NCBI GenBank assembly: GCA_000830315.1
Contig: CP010426.1
Location: 60,670-124,669 of the forward strand
Source: an archaeon GW2011_AR20
GTDB lineage: Archaea > Nanobdellota > Nanobdellia > SCGC-AAA011-G17 > GW2011-AR20
Reading direction: 5' to 3'
Length of the DNA: 64,000 bases
This document shows positions 28,942 through 39,264 of this stretch, piece by piece. Under the pieces are notes generated by a model. That model saw only the letters and a list, made by a program, of their open reading frames with translations. It did no database searches and was not told the origin of the DNA. The translations under genes and the position numbers were made by a program. Numbering within the stretch: position 1 is the first letter of the stretch; each line of letters begins with the position of its first letter.

Positions 28942-30489
28942 ATGAAGAAACTTGCCTTAGCATTAATTTTTCTTTTTTTTGTACCTTTTGTTACTGCAGA
29001 AATTGATGTTTTAACCCAGGCAGAGGACTTCTATAACATAAATGAGAGAATTCCTGTAAAAATTGTCGTTGCACATACGCAAGAAGAAGACGGATTTGTT
29101 AAAGCGGGAGCGATATGCGACAATGCAAATTTGGATTATTTTGTCAGTCCGATTTTATTAAAGACAAGCCCTCAAGAACTAACTATTCCTGATTTAAAAT
29201 TAACCAAAACCATGGCTGGGAAATGCTCTTTAGAAATTTCTTTGCTTGACTCGAGTAATGCTTTAATTGAGAAAGAAGTTGTTAAGGTTTTTGAAATAAG
29301 CTCTGAATTAATATTAAGCACTTCGTTGAATAAAGACACCCTCTCGCCGGGCGAAGAACTAAAAATTAAAGGTGATCTAAAAAACATACGCGGAGAATTG
29401 CTTGATAAAGGCCAGGTTAAAATATTCCTGGATGAAAATGAATTTAGCACTGAATTAAATAAAGGTGAATTTTCCTACACTTATTCGATTCCAAGCAATA
29501 TCAAATCAAATTCCCATTCATTAAAGATAAGCTATGAAGATGGTTTTGAGAACAAGGCAAGCAAGGAGTTCAGCATTTTTATTGCACCAAGACCAAGCAA
29601 ATTAAAAATTTTAATTAATAAGCTTGATTTCCTGCCGGACGATCAAATAACAATAGAATCATTGCTTTATGACCAGGCAGATGACTTAATGGAAAATGAT
29701 GCGGAAATTAAGGTTTATGGTCCCGATGGAAAATTATCAAGGCAGGGAACAAATAAACTGGATTTTAATTTGGAGGATCATGCCTTGCCAGGATCTTGGG
29801 TAATCAAGGCAAGCACAGATGAATTTAAGGTGGAAAGCACCTTCAATGTCGCGGAAGTTAAAAAAGTTGAAGTTTATGTTGAGGATGGCATAGTCTATGT
29901 AAGAAATATTGGAAACGTGCCATATGATGATGAAGTTGAAGTCAAGGCAATAGGAGAAGACGGCAAGGAATTTACAAAAAGAGTTCAAGTTGATCCTAGT
30001 GAATCGAGAATAATTAAATTAAGCGACGAGTTAAAGGAAGGAATTTATAACTTAAATCTCGCAACAAATGGCGAAGCAAAAAGCTTTGAAGAAGTAAGTG
30101 TTCCGGAGAGTGACGACCCATTGTATGTTACAGGAAAATCAGTCAGCAATACAATAAATGATTTAATTGATAAGCCTCTATTGTTATTCGCAATACTCCT
30201 TGCAATCATATTGGGAGGTTATTTCACAATTAGAAATAGAAGAATAAAGCAATTTAGGAAAGAGAAGGAAATACAGCAGGGATATACAAGGGCAAGGGAA
30301 ATAGAACAGCAAAAAATTAAGCAGGGGATTACTCCAAGAAAATTCAATATAAACAAAGACGAAGCAAAAGACTTCACAAGCCAGATGCTGAAAAGAATGG
30401 ATGAAAAAAGGCAGAATAATGAAAACCCCTCCAGCAAATCCAGAAGAGATGAGGATAACAAACCGGGATTATTTGGAATGTTTAACTAA
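28942..30489 (+). CDS. Secreted surface protein with C-terminal TM anchor and basic cytoplasmic tail
   Basis: 515 aa; signal peptide MKKLALALIFLFFVPFVTA; C-terminal LLLFAILLAIILGGYFTIRNRR. Confidence 0.4.
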   Translation: MKKLALALIFLFFVPFVTAEIDVLTQAEDFYNINERIPVKIVVAHTQEEDGFVKAGAICDNANLDYFVSPILLKTSPQELTIPDLKLTKTMAGKCSLEISLLDSSNALIEKEVVKVFEISSELILSTSLNKDTLSPGEELKIKGDLKNIRGELLDKGQVKIFLDENEFSTELNKGEFSYTYSIPSNIKSNSHSLKISYEDGFENKASKEFSIFIAPRPSKLKILINKLDFLPDDQITIESLLYDQADDLMENDAEIKVYGPDGKLSRQGTNKLDFNLEDHALPGSWVIKASTDEFKVESTFNVAEVKKVEVYVEDGIVYVRNIGNVPYDDEVEVKAIGEDGKEFTKRVQVDPSESRIIKLSDELKEGIYNLNLATNGEAKSFEEVSVPESDDPLYVTGKSVSNTINDLIDKPLLLFAILLAIILGGYFTIRNRRIKQFRKEKEIQQGYTRAREIEQQKIKQGITPRKFNINKDEAKDFTSQMLKRMDEKRQNNENPSSKSRRDEDNKPGLFGMFN

Positions 30490-31104
30490 TTCGTCTGCTT
30501 TATTAAAAATATCTTTGCTTTTATCCTTAATTTTTGAAACTTGTTTTTCTAAAGGAAATAAACTCTTATCCTGCTTTCTGTTTCCGTATTTTTCAAAAAA
30601 AGTGAATATTGAGGGATCATAGCGTTTTTTATGATTTGGATGTTTTTCATTGCTATAACCGAGGGGAATTATCGCATAGACATCAACATTTTCAGGTATG
30701 CTCAATTCCCGCTTAACCATTGCATCATCAAACGCCCCGACCCAGCATGTTGATAATCCTGAATCTGCCGCAAGCAATAGAATATTCTCAATGAATGCCG
30801 CACAATCCTGTTTTGCATAAAGATCGCCTTTAACCTTGTAGAATTTCTTGACATAATTTACATTTCCGCAGATAACCAAATGAACAGGGGCTTCCTTCAT
30901 CCATGTCTGGCTTAAAGAAGCAACACTTAGAGAATATCGTTTTAATTTATCCTTAACAACAATAACCTGCCATGGCTGTAAATTTCCTGCGCTCGGGGCA
31001 AGAGAAGCGTGGTTTATTATCTTACCAATGTCCTTATCATCGACATCCTTATCAGAATATTTTCTGCAAGAATATCTTTTTTGCAAGAGTTCAACCAAAT
31101 TCAT
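30469..31104 (-). CDS. Nitroreductase-family flavoprotein
   Basis: 211 aa; LLQKRYSCRKYSDKDV...LAPSAGNLQPWQVIVV N-terminal signature. Confidence 0.6.
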   Translation of the reverse strand: MNLVELLQKRYSCRKYSDKDVDDKDIGKIINHASLAPSAGNLQPWQVIVVKDKLKRYSLSVASLSQTWMKEAPVHLVICGNVNYVKKFYKVKGDLYAKQDCAAFIENILLLAADSGLSTCWVGAFDDAMVKRELSIPENVDVYAIIPLGYSNEKHPNHKKRYDPSIFTFFEKYGNRKQDKSLFPLEKQVSKIKDKSKDIFNKADELVKHSK

Positions 31105-31144
31105 TTCAAAAACTTTAAATGCTAGTAAATATTTAAAGGTTGCT

Positions 31145-32830
31145 ATGAACTATATTGAGTTAGTTAGAGTTTACCTTGAGCTTGAAAAAACCACCAAAAA
31201 GCTGGAGAAGACAGATATTATTGCAAATTTTCTCAAACATGTTTCAGGCAGCGAGATTAAGGACGTAATCTATTTATTAGAAGGAAGGGTTTTTCCAGAA
31301 TACGACGAAAGAAAAATAGGGATGAGTTCTAGATTAATATTAAAAGTCATCTCAAGTTCAAGCGGGGATTCTATTAACGATGTCGAGAAATTATGGAAAG
31401 AAACAGGGGACTTGGGAAAAGTAGCAGAACAACTAATGAATAAGAGAAAACAAATGACCCTTGCCAAAAAAGAGTTAACAGTTAAAAAAGTAATTGAAAA
31501 CATTCGTAAACTATCGCAATTCACAGGACACGGAACAGTCGATAAAAAAATCAATTTAATTAGTGAATTGCTAAACTCAAGCGGCCAGGAAGAATCAAGG
31601 TTTATTGTTGCAACAATCTTGGAGGAATTGCGTGTAGGTGTTTCAACAGGATTAATAAGAGATGCTCTTGCAAAGGCATTTGATGCGGATGTTGAAAACG
31701 TTGAAAGAGCATATAATTTGACAACAGACTACGGCGAAGTTGCTGAATTGTTAAAAGAAAATGGGATTAAAGCCTTAGAAAAAATCTCTTTAAAGCCAGG
31801 AACTCCGGTTAAATCAATGCTTGCTGTTTTGTCAGAAAGTGTTGAAGAAGCCTTTGAAGCACTTGGTAAACCTACACAATTTGAATATAAATTGGATGGC
31901 TTTCGAGTTCAGATAAGTAAAGATAAGGATATCAAAGTATTCACGAGAAATTTGGAGGATGTTACCAAACAATTTCCGGATATTGTAAAATTTGTTAAGG
32001 AAAATGTTAAGGCAAAGAATTTTATTTTAGACGGCGAGGCTGTTGCATATGACAAAAAAACTAAAAAATATCTGCCATTCCAGACTATTTCCCAGAGAAT
32101 TAAAAGAAAATATGACATTTATGAAATGGTTAAAAAATTTCCAATAGAATTAAACTTGTTTGATGTTGTTTACTCCAACGGTAGAAACTTAATAAATGAA
32201 CCTTTACTTGAAAGGCGCAAAGTTCTTGAGGGAATAACAAAGCAAGTTCCAGGAAAAATAATTTTAACAAAAAAATTAGTTACAGATGATGAAAAAAAGG
32301 CAATAAAATTTTTTGAAGAATCTTTAAATGCCGGCAATGAAGGAGTAATGATTAAGAATATTGATTCAACCTATGTTGCTGGAAGATATGTTAATGGATG
32401 GATGAAATTAAAGAACATTCTTGAACCTTTGGATCTAGTTATTGTCAAGGCAGAATATGGTGAAGGCAAGAGAGCGAAGTGGCTAAGCAGTTTTACTATA
32501 TCTTGCAAATCAGGAAATGAATTACTGGAAGTTGGAAAAGTCGGCACAGGGATTAAAGAGAAGGGTGAAGGTTTGACTTATAATGAAATGACTAAGTTGC
32601 TTAAGCCGTTAATAATGCATGAAGATGACAAGGAGGTTATTGTAAAGCCAAAGATCATAATTGAGGTTGGTTATGAAGAAATACAAAAAAGTCCGAGTTA
32701 TTCCAGCGGTTATGCGCTTCGTTTCCCGAGATATTTGAGAAGAAGAGACCCTGAGAAAAGTTTAAACGAGATAAACACAATAAAGGATATAGAAAAGATT
32801 TACAATTCCCAGAGAGCTAAAAAATTGTAG
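31145..32830 (+). CDS. lig: ATP-dependent DNA ligase (archaeal/eukaryotic type)
   Basis: Adenylation motif I EYKLDGFRVQI (KxDG); start moved to Met at 31145 (MNYIELVRVY...) to avoid 77-nt overlap with convergent gene; about 562 aa. Confidence 0.8.
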   Translation: MNYIELVRVYLELEKTTKKLEKTDIIANFLKHVSGSEIKDVIYLLEGRVFPEYDERKIGMSSRLILKVISSSSGDSINDVEKLWKETGDLGKVAEQLMNKRKQMTLAKKELTVKKVIENIRKLSQFTGHGTVDKKINLISELLNSSGQEESRFIVATILEELRVGVSTGLIRDALAKAFDADVENVERAYNLTTDYGEVAELLKENGIKALEKISLKPGTPVKSMLAVLSESVEEAFEALGKPTQFEYKLDGFRVQISKDKDIKVFTRNLEDVTKQFPDIVKFVKENVKAKNFILDGEAVAYDKKTKKYLPFQTISQRIKRKYDIYEMVKKFPIELNLFDVVYSNGRNLINEPLLERRKVLEGITKQVPGKIILTKKLVTDDEKKAIKFFEESLNAGNEGVMIKNIDSTYVAGRYVNGWMKLKNILEPLDLVIVKAEYGEGKRAKWLSSFTISCKSGNELLEVGKVGTGIKEKGEGLTYNEMTKLLKPLIMHEDDKEVIVKPKIIIEVGYEEIQKSPSYSSGYALRFPRYLRRRDPEKSLNEINTIKDIEKIYNSQRAKKL

Positions 32831-32957
32831 TGTAACAGTATACCTAAAAACAATAATGTTTATATATAAGTAAGTTTACCTTTTTAGAAGTAATAACGAT
32901 AATATACTTGATAATAATAAAAAAAGAGGGGGTTTATTTCCTAGGAGGGACTAATAC

Positions 32958-33776
32958 ATGATTGTAAAAGAGGATTTTTTAAATAAACTACGTCAATATT
33001 TTGGCCTAAACTTATACGAAGCTAAGATATGGACTGCTTTGCTTTCTCGTGGTGTTTCAACCGCAGGTGAATTAGCCGATATTGGAAATGTTCCAAGATC
33101 AAGGGCATATGATATTCTTGAATCATTAGAAAAAAAAGGATTTGTTTTAATGAAATTAGGAAAGCCAATAAAGTACTTGGCAGTTGAGCCGAAAGAAGTT
33201 GTTGAAAGGGTTAAGAAATTAATGAGGGAAAATGCAGAAGACCAAGTTAAAAATTTAGAAAGTTTAAGAGGAACTGACTTGCATAAAGAATTAGAATTAC
33301 TGCATAAACAAGGAATAGAATTTGTAGAGCCGACTGATTTATCAGGTGCAATAAGAGGAAGACATAATATTTACTCGCATTTAGATTTAATGGTTAGGGG
33401 TGCTGAAAAATCTGTAACATTAATGACAAGCAGCAAGGGTTTGCAAAGAAAAGCTGAGGCGTTAAAGCCGGTCTTTGAAAAATTAAAAAGAAAGGGCGTT
33501 AAAATAAGAATAGCTGCTCCATTAACTAAGGAAAATATGCAGGTAGCAAAAGAATTGAGCAAATTTGCAGAAGTTAAGCACGTTGACAAGATAGGATCAA
33601 GATTCTGCGTTGTTGACGGCAAGGATTTAACATTTATGTTAATGCATGATGACAATGTGCATCCAAGCTATGATGTTGGTGTTTGGGTAAGCACACCCTA
33701 CTTTGCTGGTGCACTTGAAAATATGTTCAATTTAGCCTGGCAGGATATGAAACCGATGAACTCTGTTAAAAATTAA
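32958..33776 (+). CDS. TrmB-family wHTH transcriptional regulator
   Basis: 272 aa; N-terminal LNLYEAKIWTALLSRGVSTAGELADIGNVPRSRAYDILESLEKKGFV. Confidence 0.55.
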   Translation: MIVKEDFLNKLRQYFGLNLYEAKIWTALLSRGVSTAGELADIGNVPRSRAYDILESLEKKGFVLMKLGKPIKYLAVEPKEVVERVKKLMRENAEDQVKNLESLRGTDLHKELELLHKQGIEFVEPTDLSGAIRGRHNIYSHLDLMVRGAEKSVTLMTSSKGLQRKAEALKPVFEKLKRKGVKIRIAAPLTKENMQVAKELSKFAEVKHVDKIGSRFCVVDGKDLTFMLMHDDNVHPSYDVGVWVSTPYFAGALENMFNLAWQDMKPMNSVKN

Positions 33777-33783
33777 TTTATTT

Positions 33784-34461
33784 TTATCTTCTCCATTTAT
33801 TTATCCAGTCATCAAGCTTAAAGTACATTAAAATGCCGGCAAAGACTGTTCCAAGCGTCCCAAATATCTGGTCTAACATGCTGTCAAAATCTGCATTCTG
33901 AAAATAATCAAAGTACATTTTCGTGCCAAATAACTGGTCATTAAGCAACTGAAACCTTTCCCACAATACAACCCCAAAAATTATGTTAAAAATAAATGCG
34001 AATAAAATAACTTCGTTCTTCCTTATTTCTTTTTTAGCAATCTTATTTTTTATTACATAATACAAAATTCCCCAGAGAATTGTGTAAAATATCGCGTTTG
34101 AAAAATGAAGATAACTATCAATATCAATCGGCAAATATTTTAATCCCAAGGGAAGTCCTGCCCCGCTTATTAAAAATATAAGAACAAAAATCTCAAGCAC
34201 ATTTAATAGGTTTTTATTATACTTTTGGCTTATCCATGATATCTTGTATAAATTCCTGGGCAACAACATTAAAACAGGTGTAAGAACAATCCAGATAAAG
34301 GCAAGGTAATATTCTTTCTTTAATAGATAAATTATCCCGAGGATGAAAATTGCCAATATTGCCAGGTTATAGATTACCTTGAAGAATTTCATGATTATGG
34401 TTAAACAATTACTTTTATAAATCTTATTTTTAATTAGCAGATTATGAAAAAAGTCGAGCAC
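33784..34461 (-). CDS. Integral membrane protein, hypothetical
   Basis: 225 aa; about 6 TM helices. Confidence 0.35.
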   Translation of the reverse strand: MLDFFHNLLIKNKIYKSNCLTIIMKFFKVIYNLAILAIFILGIIYLLKKEYYLAFIWIVLTPVLMLLPRNLYKISWISQKYNKNLLNVLEIFVLIFLISGAGLPLGLKYLPIDIDSYLHFSNAIFYTILWGILYYVIKNKIAKKEIRKNEVILFAFIFNIIFGVVLWERFQLLNDQLFGTKMYFDYFQNADFDSMLDQIFGTLGTVFAGILMYFKLDDWINKWRR

Positions 34462-35364
34462 ATTAAAATCAGTAAGGAAATGAAAGTCAATGATTTAATT
34501 CTTGCAATGGGAAAAGCAGGAGTAATGCAGGCCGGCAAGCTCGCTTTAGCAGTTGATATTTTGGAAGAAGCAATCAATGATAAGGAATGCAAGGTATTTT
34601 TCGGATTGGCTGGCGCGATGGTTCCTGGAGGAATGAAAGAAATTATTTTAGATTTAATAAATAACAAGTGGATTGATGTTATGGTTACTACAGGGGCTAA
34701 TTTAACCCATGATTTGGGAGAATCCTTGGGTTATGAGCATTATCAAGGTGATGAAAATATGGATGACAATAAATTAAGAAAAGAAGGTTACAATAGAATT
34801 TACAATAGCCTGATGCCAAATGAGATATATATCGGATTAGAAAAATTCATTAAAGGTAATTTTGATGAATTAAGCAAAGCAAAAAATATCAAGGAATTTT
34901 TGAATATTCTCGGGAAATTGGCTCCGGAAAACACAATCGTAAATGCCTGCTATAAAAATAATATTCCTTTATTCTGTCCTGCATTGGCCGATTCTGGAAT
35001 TGGGTTGATGGTTTGGGGGCAGATAGCACAGGGTAAAACTACAGATGTAAATGCATTCGATGATTTAAAGGAAATTTTAGATATTTCATGGACGTCTAGA
35101 AAATCTGCTGTCTGGTATGTCAATGGCGGGGTTCCTAAAAATTATATTCAGCAGGCAATGCAATTGTCCCCAAACAAGGCGGTTTATGGCGTGCAGATTA
35201 CAACAGACCGGGAAGAGTCTGGCGGAAGTTCAGGGGCAAAATTAAAAGAAGGGTTAAGCTGGGATAAGATGAGTGAGAAAGCAAAATTTGTAGATGTTTC
35301 TCTCGATAGCACGGTAGCATTGCCATTGATTACTGCTGCGTTAAAAACAAGGTTTAAATATTAA
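34444..35364 (+). CDS. Deoxyhypusine synthase-like protein
   Basis: 306 aa; NAD-binding-like Gly-rich segments, VMVTTGANLTHDLGE region; aIF5A substrate encoded in same window. Confidence 0.5.
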   Translation: MKKVEHIKISKEMKVNDLILAMGKAGVMQAGKLALAVDILEEAINDKECKVFFGLAGAMVPGGMKEIILDLINNKWIDVMVTTGANLTHDLGESLGYEHYQGDENMDDNKLRKEGYNRIYNSLMPNEIYIGLEKFIKGNFDELSKAKNIKEFLNILGKLAPENTIVNACYKNNIPLFCPALADSGIGLMVWGQIAQGKTTDVNAFDDLKEILDISWTSRKSAVWYVNGGVPKNYIQQAMQLSPNKAVYGVQITTDREESGGSSGAKLKEGLSWDKMSEKAKFVDVSLDSTVALPLITAALKTRFKY

Positions 35365-35444
35365 TTTGCTTTTTCGTAAAATTCTTTTATCTTCTTAATG
35401 ATGATTTATGCATTAAAAATTAAATATGAATGAAGTTTAAATAT

Positions 35445-38400
35445 TTAACCACAGGCACCTTCTATAAAAGTGCATTTCGGGCTTGTGCATTTCCAGCAGT
35501 TGACAGATCCTCCAAATCTAATTAAAAGGGAGCTGCAATTGGGACAAACTCTACCAGAGATTCCGCTTTCTTGATTGCTTTCACTAGAAGATGGGATAGA
35601 ATGTTCATTGCCATTACCATTTTTATTATTCATTCCTAGCAAAAATTTTACTTGATCTTCATTCACATTTCCATTACCATTTTTAGATTTCAAAAAATCA
35701 CGAACGTAGTCTTCTTTTAATTCAAATTCTTCATTATTTAACATTCGATAAACCTGCTCAAATTTCTTATGCCTTTTTAATTTATTAATTCTTAATTCAG
35801 ACTTAACTGGAGGCATATCTGCAAGCTCTTTCATCCCCAAATATTCAATACCATAAATCTTGCTCAATAAACTTCTTAATGAGCTACATTGGTTTATGTA
35901 AGGATATCCAGACACAGAGCCATAGATTTCTGCAGATTTTACGCCAAGTCCTTTTTCAACGAATTTTTTTAAATTCATGCCGTGCTGAAGCTGGAATGAA
36001 ACGTCAATGCCTTGTTGTTTTAAATTTTCCTCTAAAAATGTTCCTGCATCGGCCATGTGCAAAAATACCTCGCTTGGCATCAAGGTGTCTTTATACTCTG
36101 TTGTTATAATTATCAGGCTTTTGCCACCAACTTTAACTTTTATTTTATATGAATCGCCTAATTCCGGGGGTTCTTTTGATTGTCCCCAAACTTTTTTCTC
36201 TAAACTATCTGTCAAAAATTCTTCGGTTTCTTTGACATTTAATGGCTGAGATAATTTACTTCCATCTCTATAAGCAGCAACTGCTTTTAATCCAAGTTTC
36301 CATGCCTTGAGATAGAAATTATAAAAGTCTTCTCTAGTAGCTTCATGAGGCATGTTAAATGTTTTTGATATTGCTCCTGATATAAACGGTTGGGAAGCTG
36401 CCATAATCATAAGATGATCGTCTATGCTCAAAGATTTCTTGGCTTTCTTTGGTTTAAGCGCCGTAAGAAATACAGGTAAATGTTCTTCTTTAATATCTGG
36501 TGAACCTTCAATAGTATTATTTTCTGCTATATACTCTAATATTAATTCAATTTTTTTGTCAGAATATCCTAGCATTCTTAAACCAAGTTCAGGTCCTTTC
36601 AAACCCTTTAGTTCAATTCTACCTCCCCCAGAAAGTTTTTTATCTGCGACAAATATGGCATAAGGTTCTCCGCCCAAGGTTTCGTTTTCCATCCACAACC
36701 CTATTGTACCTACCGGGGCGATTACAGTAGCTTGTGCATTTCTATAACCATACTCTTTCCCTAAACCTATTGTTTCATTCCATGTATCAAGGGCAACATC
36801 AAATAAAGAGCTTAATAAGTTTTGGTGGGGTATTTTATTTTTGTTAACCTTAAATAGGTGGTCTCTATGCATGTTCATCACTTTTAACATTGGTTCTTTA
36901 TTATCGTTAAACCTCTCAAATGGTCCCATTTCCTTAGCAATTAAAGAAGATTGCCTATAAACTCTGCCGGTTAATATCGCTGATAAAACAGACGTAAGCG
37001 CCTGTGCTTCTTCACTACCATAAGACAAACCGTAAGACATTATTAATGCTCCAAGATTAGAATAACCTGTGCCAATTGTTCTATGTTTATGAGTCATTTC
37101 GGCTATATTTTTTGTTGGATAGCTTGAATAATCTACAAAAATTTCCTGGGCCGTTGATACAATATCTATGGTATGTGTATAACCCAAAACATCAAAAGAC
37201 CCGTCAGCTTTTCTGAATTTCAATAAATTAAGTGATGCCAAATTACAAGCTGTATCATCTAAGTATAAATATTCTGAACATGGATTTGAACTGTTTTGGT
37301 TACCATCGTTTGGCGTGGTATGCCAAAGGTTTATTGTCGTATCATATTGAAGCCCGGGATCCCCAGAATACCATGACGCATCAGAAATTTGCATTAAGAT
37401 TTCTCGTGCTTTAACTGTTTTTGCAATTTCGCCAGAGGTTATATATCTTAAATCCCAGGTGCTATCTTTTTCAACAGCGTGCATATAATCATCTGGAACC
37501 CTAATTGAGATATTTTCATTTTGAAAAGATAAAATGTCCTGATAAACTTCTCCTTCCCAGTCTGTATTAAAACCCATAACATCTAATGCACGTGCTATTT
37601 CCTCTTGTCTTTTTTTAACATTAATAACTTCCTCGACATCCGGATGACTTACATCAAAGGTGGCCATTTTCGCAGCCCTTCTTGTTTTTCCGCCTGATTT
37701 TATTAATCCAGCCCATACATCATAGCCTTTCATCCAAGAAACTGCTCCAGAAGATTTTCCACCCCCTTTTATTGGTTCGTCTCTAGCACGACGTGTGGAA
37801 AAATTAGAGCCTGTTCCAGAACCATCTTCAAAAATGCTTGTTTCTGTAACTTGATGTCCAACTATTGAGTCCAAATCATCTCCGGTTTTTAAGATAAAAC
37901 AAGCAGAGCATTGCGGCCTTTCATAACTATCGTTCACTGGAATAGCTTCTCCTTTTTTGTCATCCCATGCGAATTTTTTTCCTTCTTTGCCTTTAAAACC
38001 ATAAATATGATTTAAACCAACATTAAACCATACAGGAGAATTAAATGCTGCTCTTTGATCTGTTAAAATAAAAACAAGTTCATCATAAAAAGTCTGGTAA
38101 TCTTCTTGCGATGCAAAATATCCTCTTTTCAGTCCTTCATCTGCAACGGTTTTTGCTACCCTATAAATCACTTGCTTTGCACTTGTCTCTTTGCCAATTT
38201 TAGGAACATCGGCAGATTTAGCATATTTATCAGCCAGAACCATTTCCGCAGGAGTTCCCCAATGTTTTGGCAATTCAAGATACTTGTCAACGACAGGTTT
38301 GTCTGGATCTGCGCGATTCTCTGTTATAATATGCCTGGTTTCCCATTGAAAATAATCAAAGGGGTCCTTTCCTGGTTCTGTATAAAGACGATTAAATTTT

Positions 38401-38483
38401 AAACCCTTATTACCATTTCCAGAATATTTTGTAATTTCTTCTAAATTCGAGACGGGTTCCTTTGTCGCGAGTCCTACAGCCAT
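35445..38483 (-). CDS. nrdJ: Ribonucleotide reductase, probable class II (adenosylcobalamin-dependent) with C-terminal zinc ribbon
   Basis: 1012 aa; active-site-like NPCSEY...LDDTACNLASLNL; C-terminal CPNCSS...CWKCTSPKC; no NrdB-like partner nearby; NrdR gene immediately upstream. Confidence 0.75.
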   Translation of the reverse strand: MAVGLATKEPVSNLEEITKYSGNGNKGLKFNRLYTEPGKDPFDYFQWETRHIITENRADPDKPVVDKYLELPKHWGTPAEMVLADKYAKSADVPKIGKETSAKQVIYRVAKTVADEGLKRGYFASQEDYQTFYDELVFILTDQRAAFNSPVWFNVGLNHIYGFKGKEGKKFAWDDKKGEAIPVNDSYERPQCSACFILKTGDDLDSIVGHQVTETSIFEDGSGTGSNFSTRRARDEPIKGGGKSSGAVSWMKGYDVWAGLIKSGGKTRRAAKMATFDVSHPDVEEVINVKKRQEEIARALDVMGFNTDWEGEVYQDILSFQNENISIRVPDDYMHAVEKDSTWDLRYITSGEIAKTVKAREILMQISDASWYSGDPGLQYDTTINLWHTTPNDGNQNSSNPCSEYLYLDDTACNLASLNLLKFRKADGSFDVLGYTHTIDIVSTAQEIFVDYSSYPTKNIAEMTHKHRTIGTGYSNLGALIMSYGLSYGSEEAQALTSVLSAILTGRVYRQSSLIAKEMGPFERFNDNKEPMLKVMNMHRDHLFKVNKNKIPHQNLLSSLFDVALDTWNETIGLGKEYGYRNAQATVIAPVGTIGLWMENETLGGEPYAIFVADKKLSGGGRIELKGLKGPELGLRMLGYSDKKIELILEYIAENNTIEGSPDIKEEHLPVFLTALKPKKAKKSLSIDDHLMIMAASQPFISGAISKTFNMPHEATREDFYNFYLKAWKLGLKAVAAYRDGSKLSQPLNVKETEEFLTDSLEKKVWGQSKEPPELGDSYKIKVKVGGKSLIIITTEYKDTLMPSEVFLHMADAGTFLEENLKQQGIDVSFQLQHGMNLKKFVEKGLGVKSAEIYGSVSGYPYINQCSSLRSLLSKIYGIEYLGMKELADMPPVKSELRINKLKRHKKFEQVYRMLNNEEFELKEDYVRDFLKSKNGNGNVNEDQVKFLLGMNNKNGNGNEHSIPSSSESNQESGISGRVCPNCSSLLIRFGGSVNCWKCTSPKCTFIEGACG

Positions 38484-38661
38484 TTTTATAAAACCTTCCC
38501 AGAATTAACATAAAAAATTGAGCGTTTTGTCAATATTAAAATCATGATATCACCTTTTTAGTTATCTCTTCCTTCCATTTAGTAAATCTAATTCTTCTCT
38601 TAGAAGCTTATATGCTTCCTGAAGCTCTTTGTAGGCTTCATTTAAGTTTTGTTTTTTCATT

Positions 38662-39117
38662 TTACCTCTTCTTTACCAGATCTTTAAGTTCTTTTTCAAA
38701 GTCTGTAACATCTGCAAAGCTCCTGTAAACAGAAGCAAATCTTATGTAGGCTATTTTGTCCAGTTTTTTTAATTTTGAGACTATTTTCTCCCCAATTACG
38801 CTGCTTGCAACCTCTTTTGACTTAAGCTTGCGCAATTCAGCCTCAACCTTGTTAACTATGTCGTCAACTTGCTCGCAACTTACTGGTCGTTTTTCGCATG
38901 CCTTAAGTATTCCCCGTTTTATTTTTTCAGGATCAAAACTTTCTCTTCTTCCATCTTTCTTGACTATAATCAATCCCAAATCCTCAACTCTTTCGTAAGT
39001 TGTAAAGCGTTTCTTGCACTTGAGGCATTCCCGCCTTCTCCTAGTTACATCAAAGTCTTCTGTTTCTCTCTTATCCACTACCTTGGTCTCTTCATAAAAA
39101 CAAAACGGGCATTTCAT
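38662..39117 (-). CDS. nrdR: NrdR-family transcriptional repressor (Zn ribbon + ATP-cone)
   Basis: 151 aa; MKCPFCFYEETKVVDKRETED...RRRRECLKCKKRFTTYERVE closely matches the NrdR N-terminus; ATP-cone region follows. Confidence 0.8.
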   Translation of the reverse strand: MKCPFCFYEETKVVDKRETEDFDVTRRRRECLKCKKRFTTYERVEDLGLIIVKKDGRRESFDPEKIKRGILKACEKRPVSCEQVDDIVNKVEAELRKLKSKEVASSVIGEKIVSKLKKLDKIAYIRFASVYRSFADVTDFEKELKDLVKKR

Positions 39118-39172
39118 ATGGAATTACAACCTTCTAATGAATACAACCTATTGTGTATCACTTATGCCATCA

Positions 39173-39188
39173 ACACAATATATAGCAC
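39173..39188 (+). promoter_or_regulatory. NrdR-box-like 16-mer (ACACAATATATAGCAC) upstream of nrdR, with partner inverted repeat TATTGTGT at 39149-39156
   Basis: 13 of 16 positions match my recalled NrdR-box consensus acaCwAtATaTwGtgt; lies 56-71 nt upstream of nrdR start. Confidence 0.25.
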
Positions 39189-39204
39189 TTTAAATTATAA
39201 GTAG

Positions 39205-39228
39205 TATTTAAATATTTCTGTGGTAAAA
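39205..39228 (+). repeat. 24-nt intergenic motif TATTTAAATATTTCTGTGGTAAAA (copy A)
   Basis: Near-identical copy at 50725-50748 (1 mismatch), with flanking similarity over about 35 nt. Confidence 0.6.
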
Positions 39229-39264
39229 ATGCTATTTTAGAAAAAATATTTGCGAAAATCAGTT

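Noticed and set aside
31028-31144. Upstream extension of DNA ligase ORF (start at 31028)
   Set aside because: Would overlap the convergent nitroreductase gene by 77 nt; internal Met at 31145 gives a typical ligase N-terminus and length.
35879-38402. Plus-strand ORFs inside nrdJ (35879-36109, 36007-36249, 36424-36663, 37232-37414, 38106-38402)
   Set aside because: Antisense to a long, motif-bearing RNR gene.
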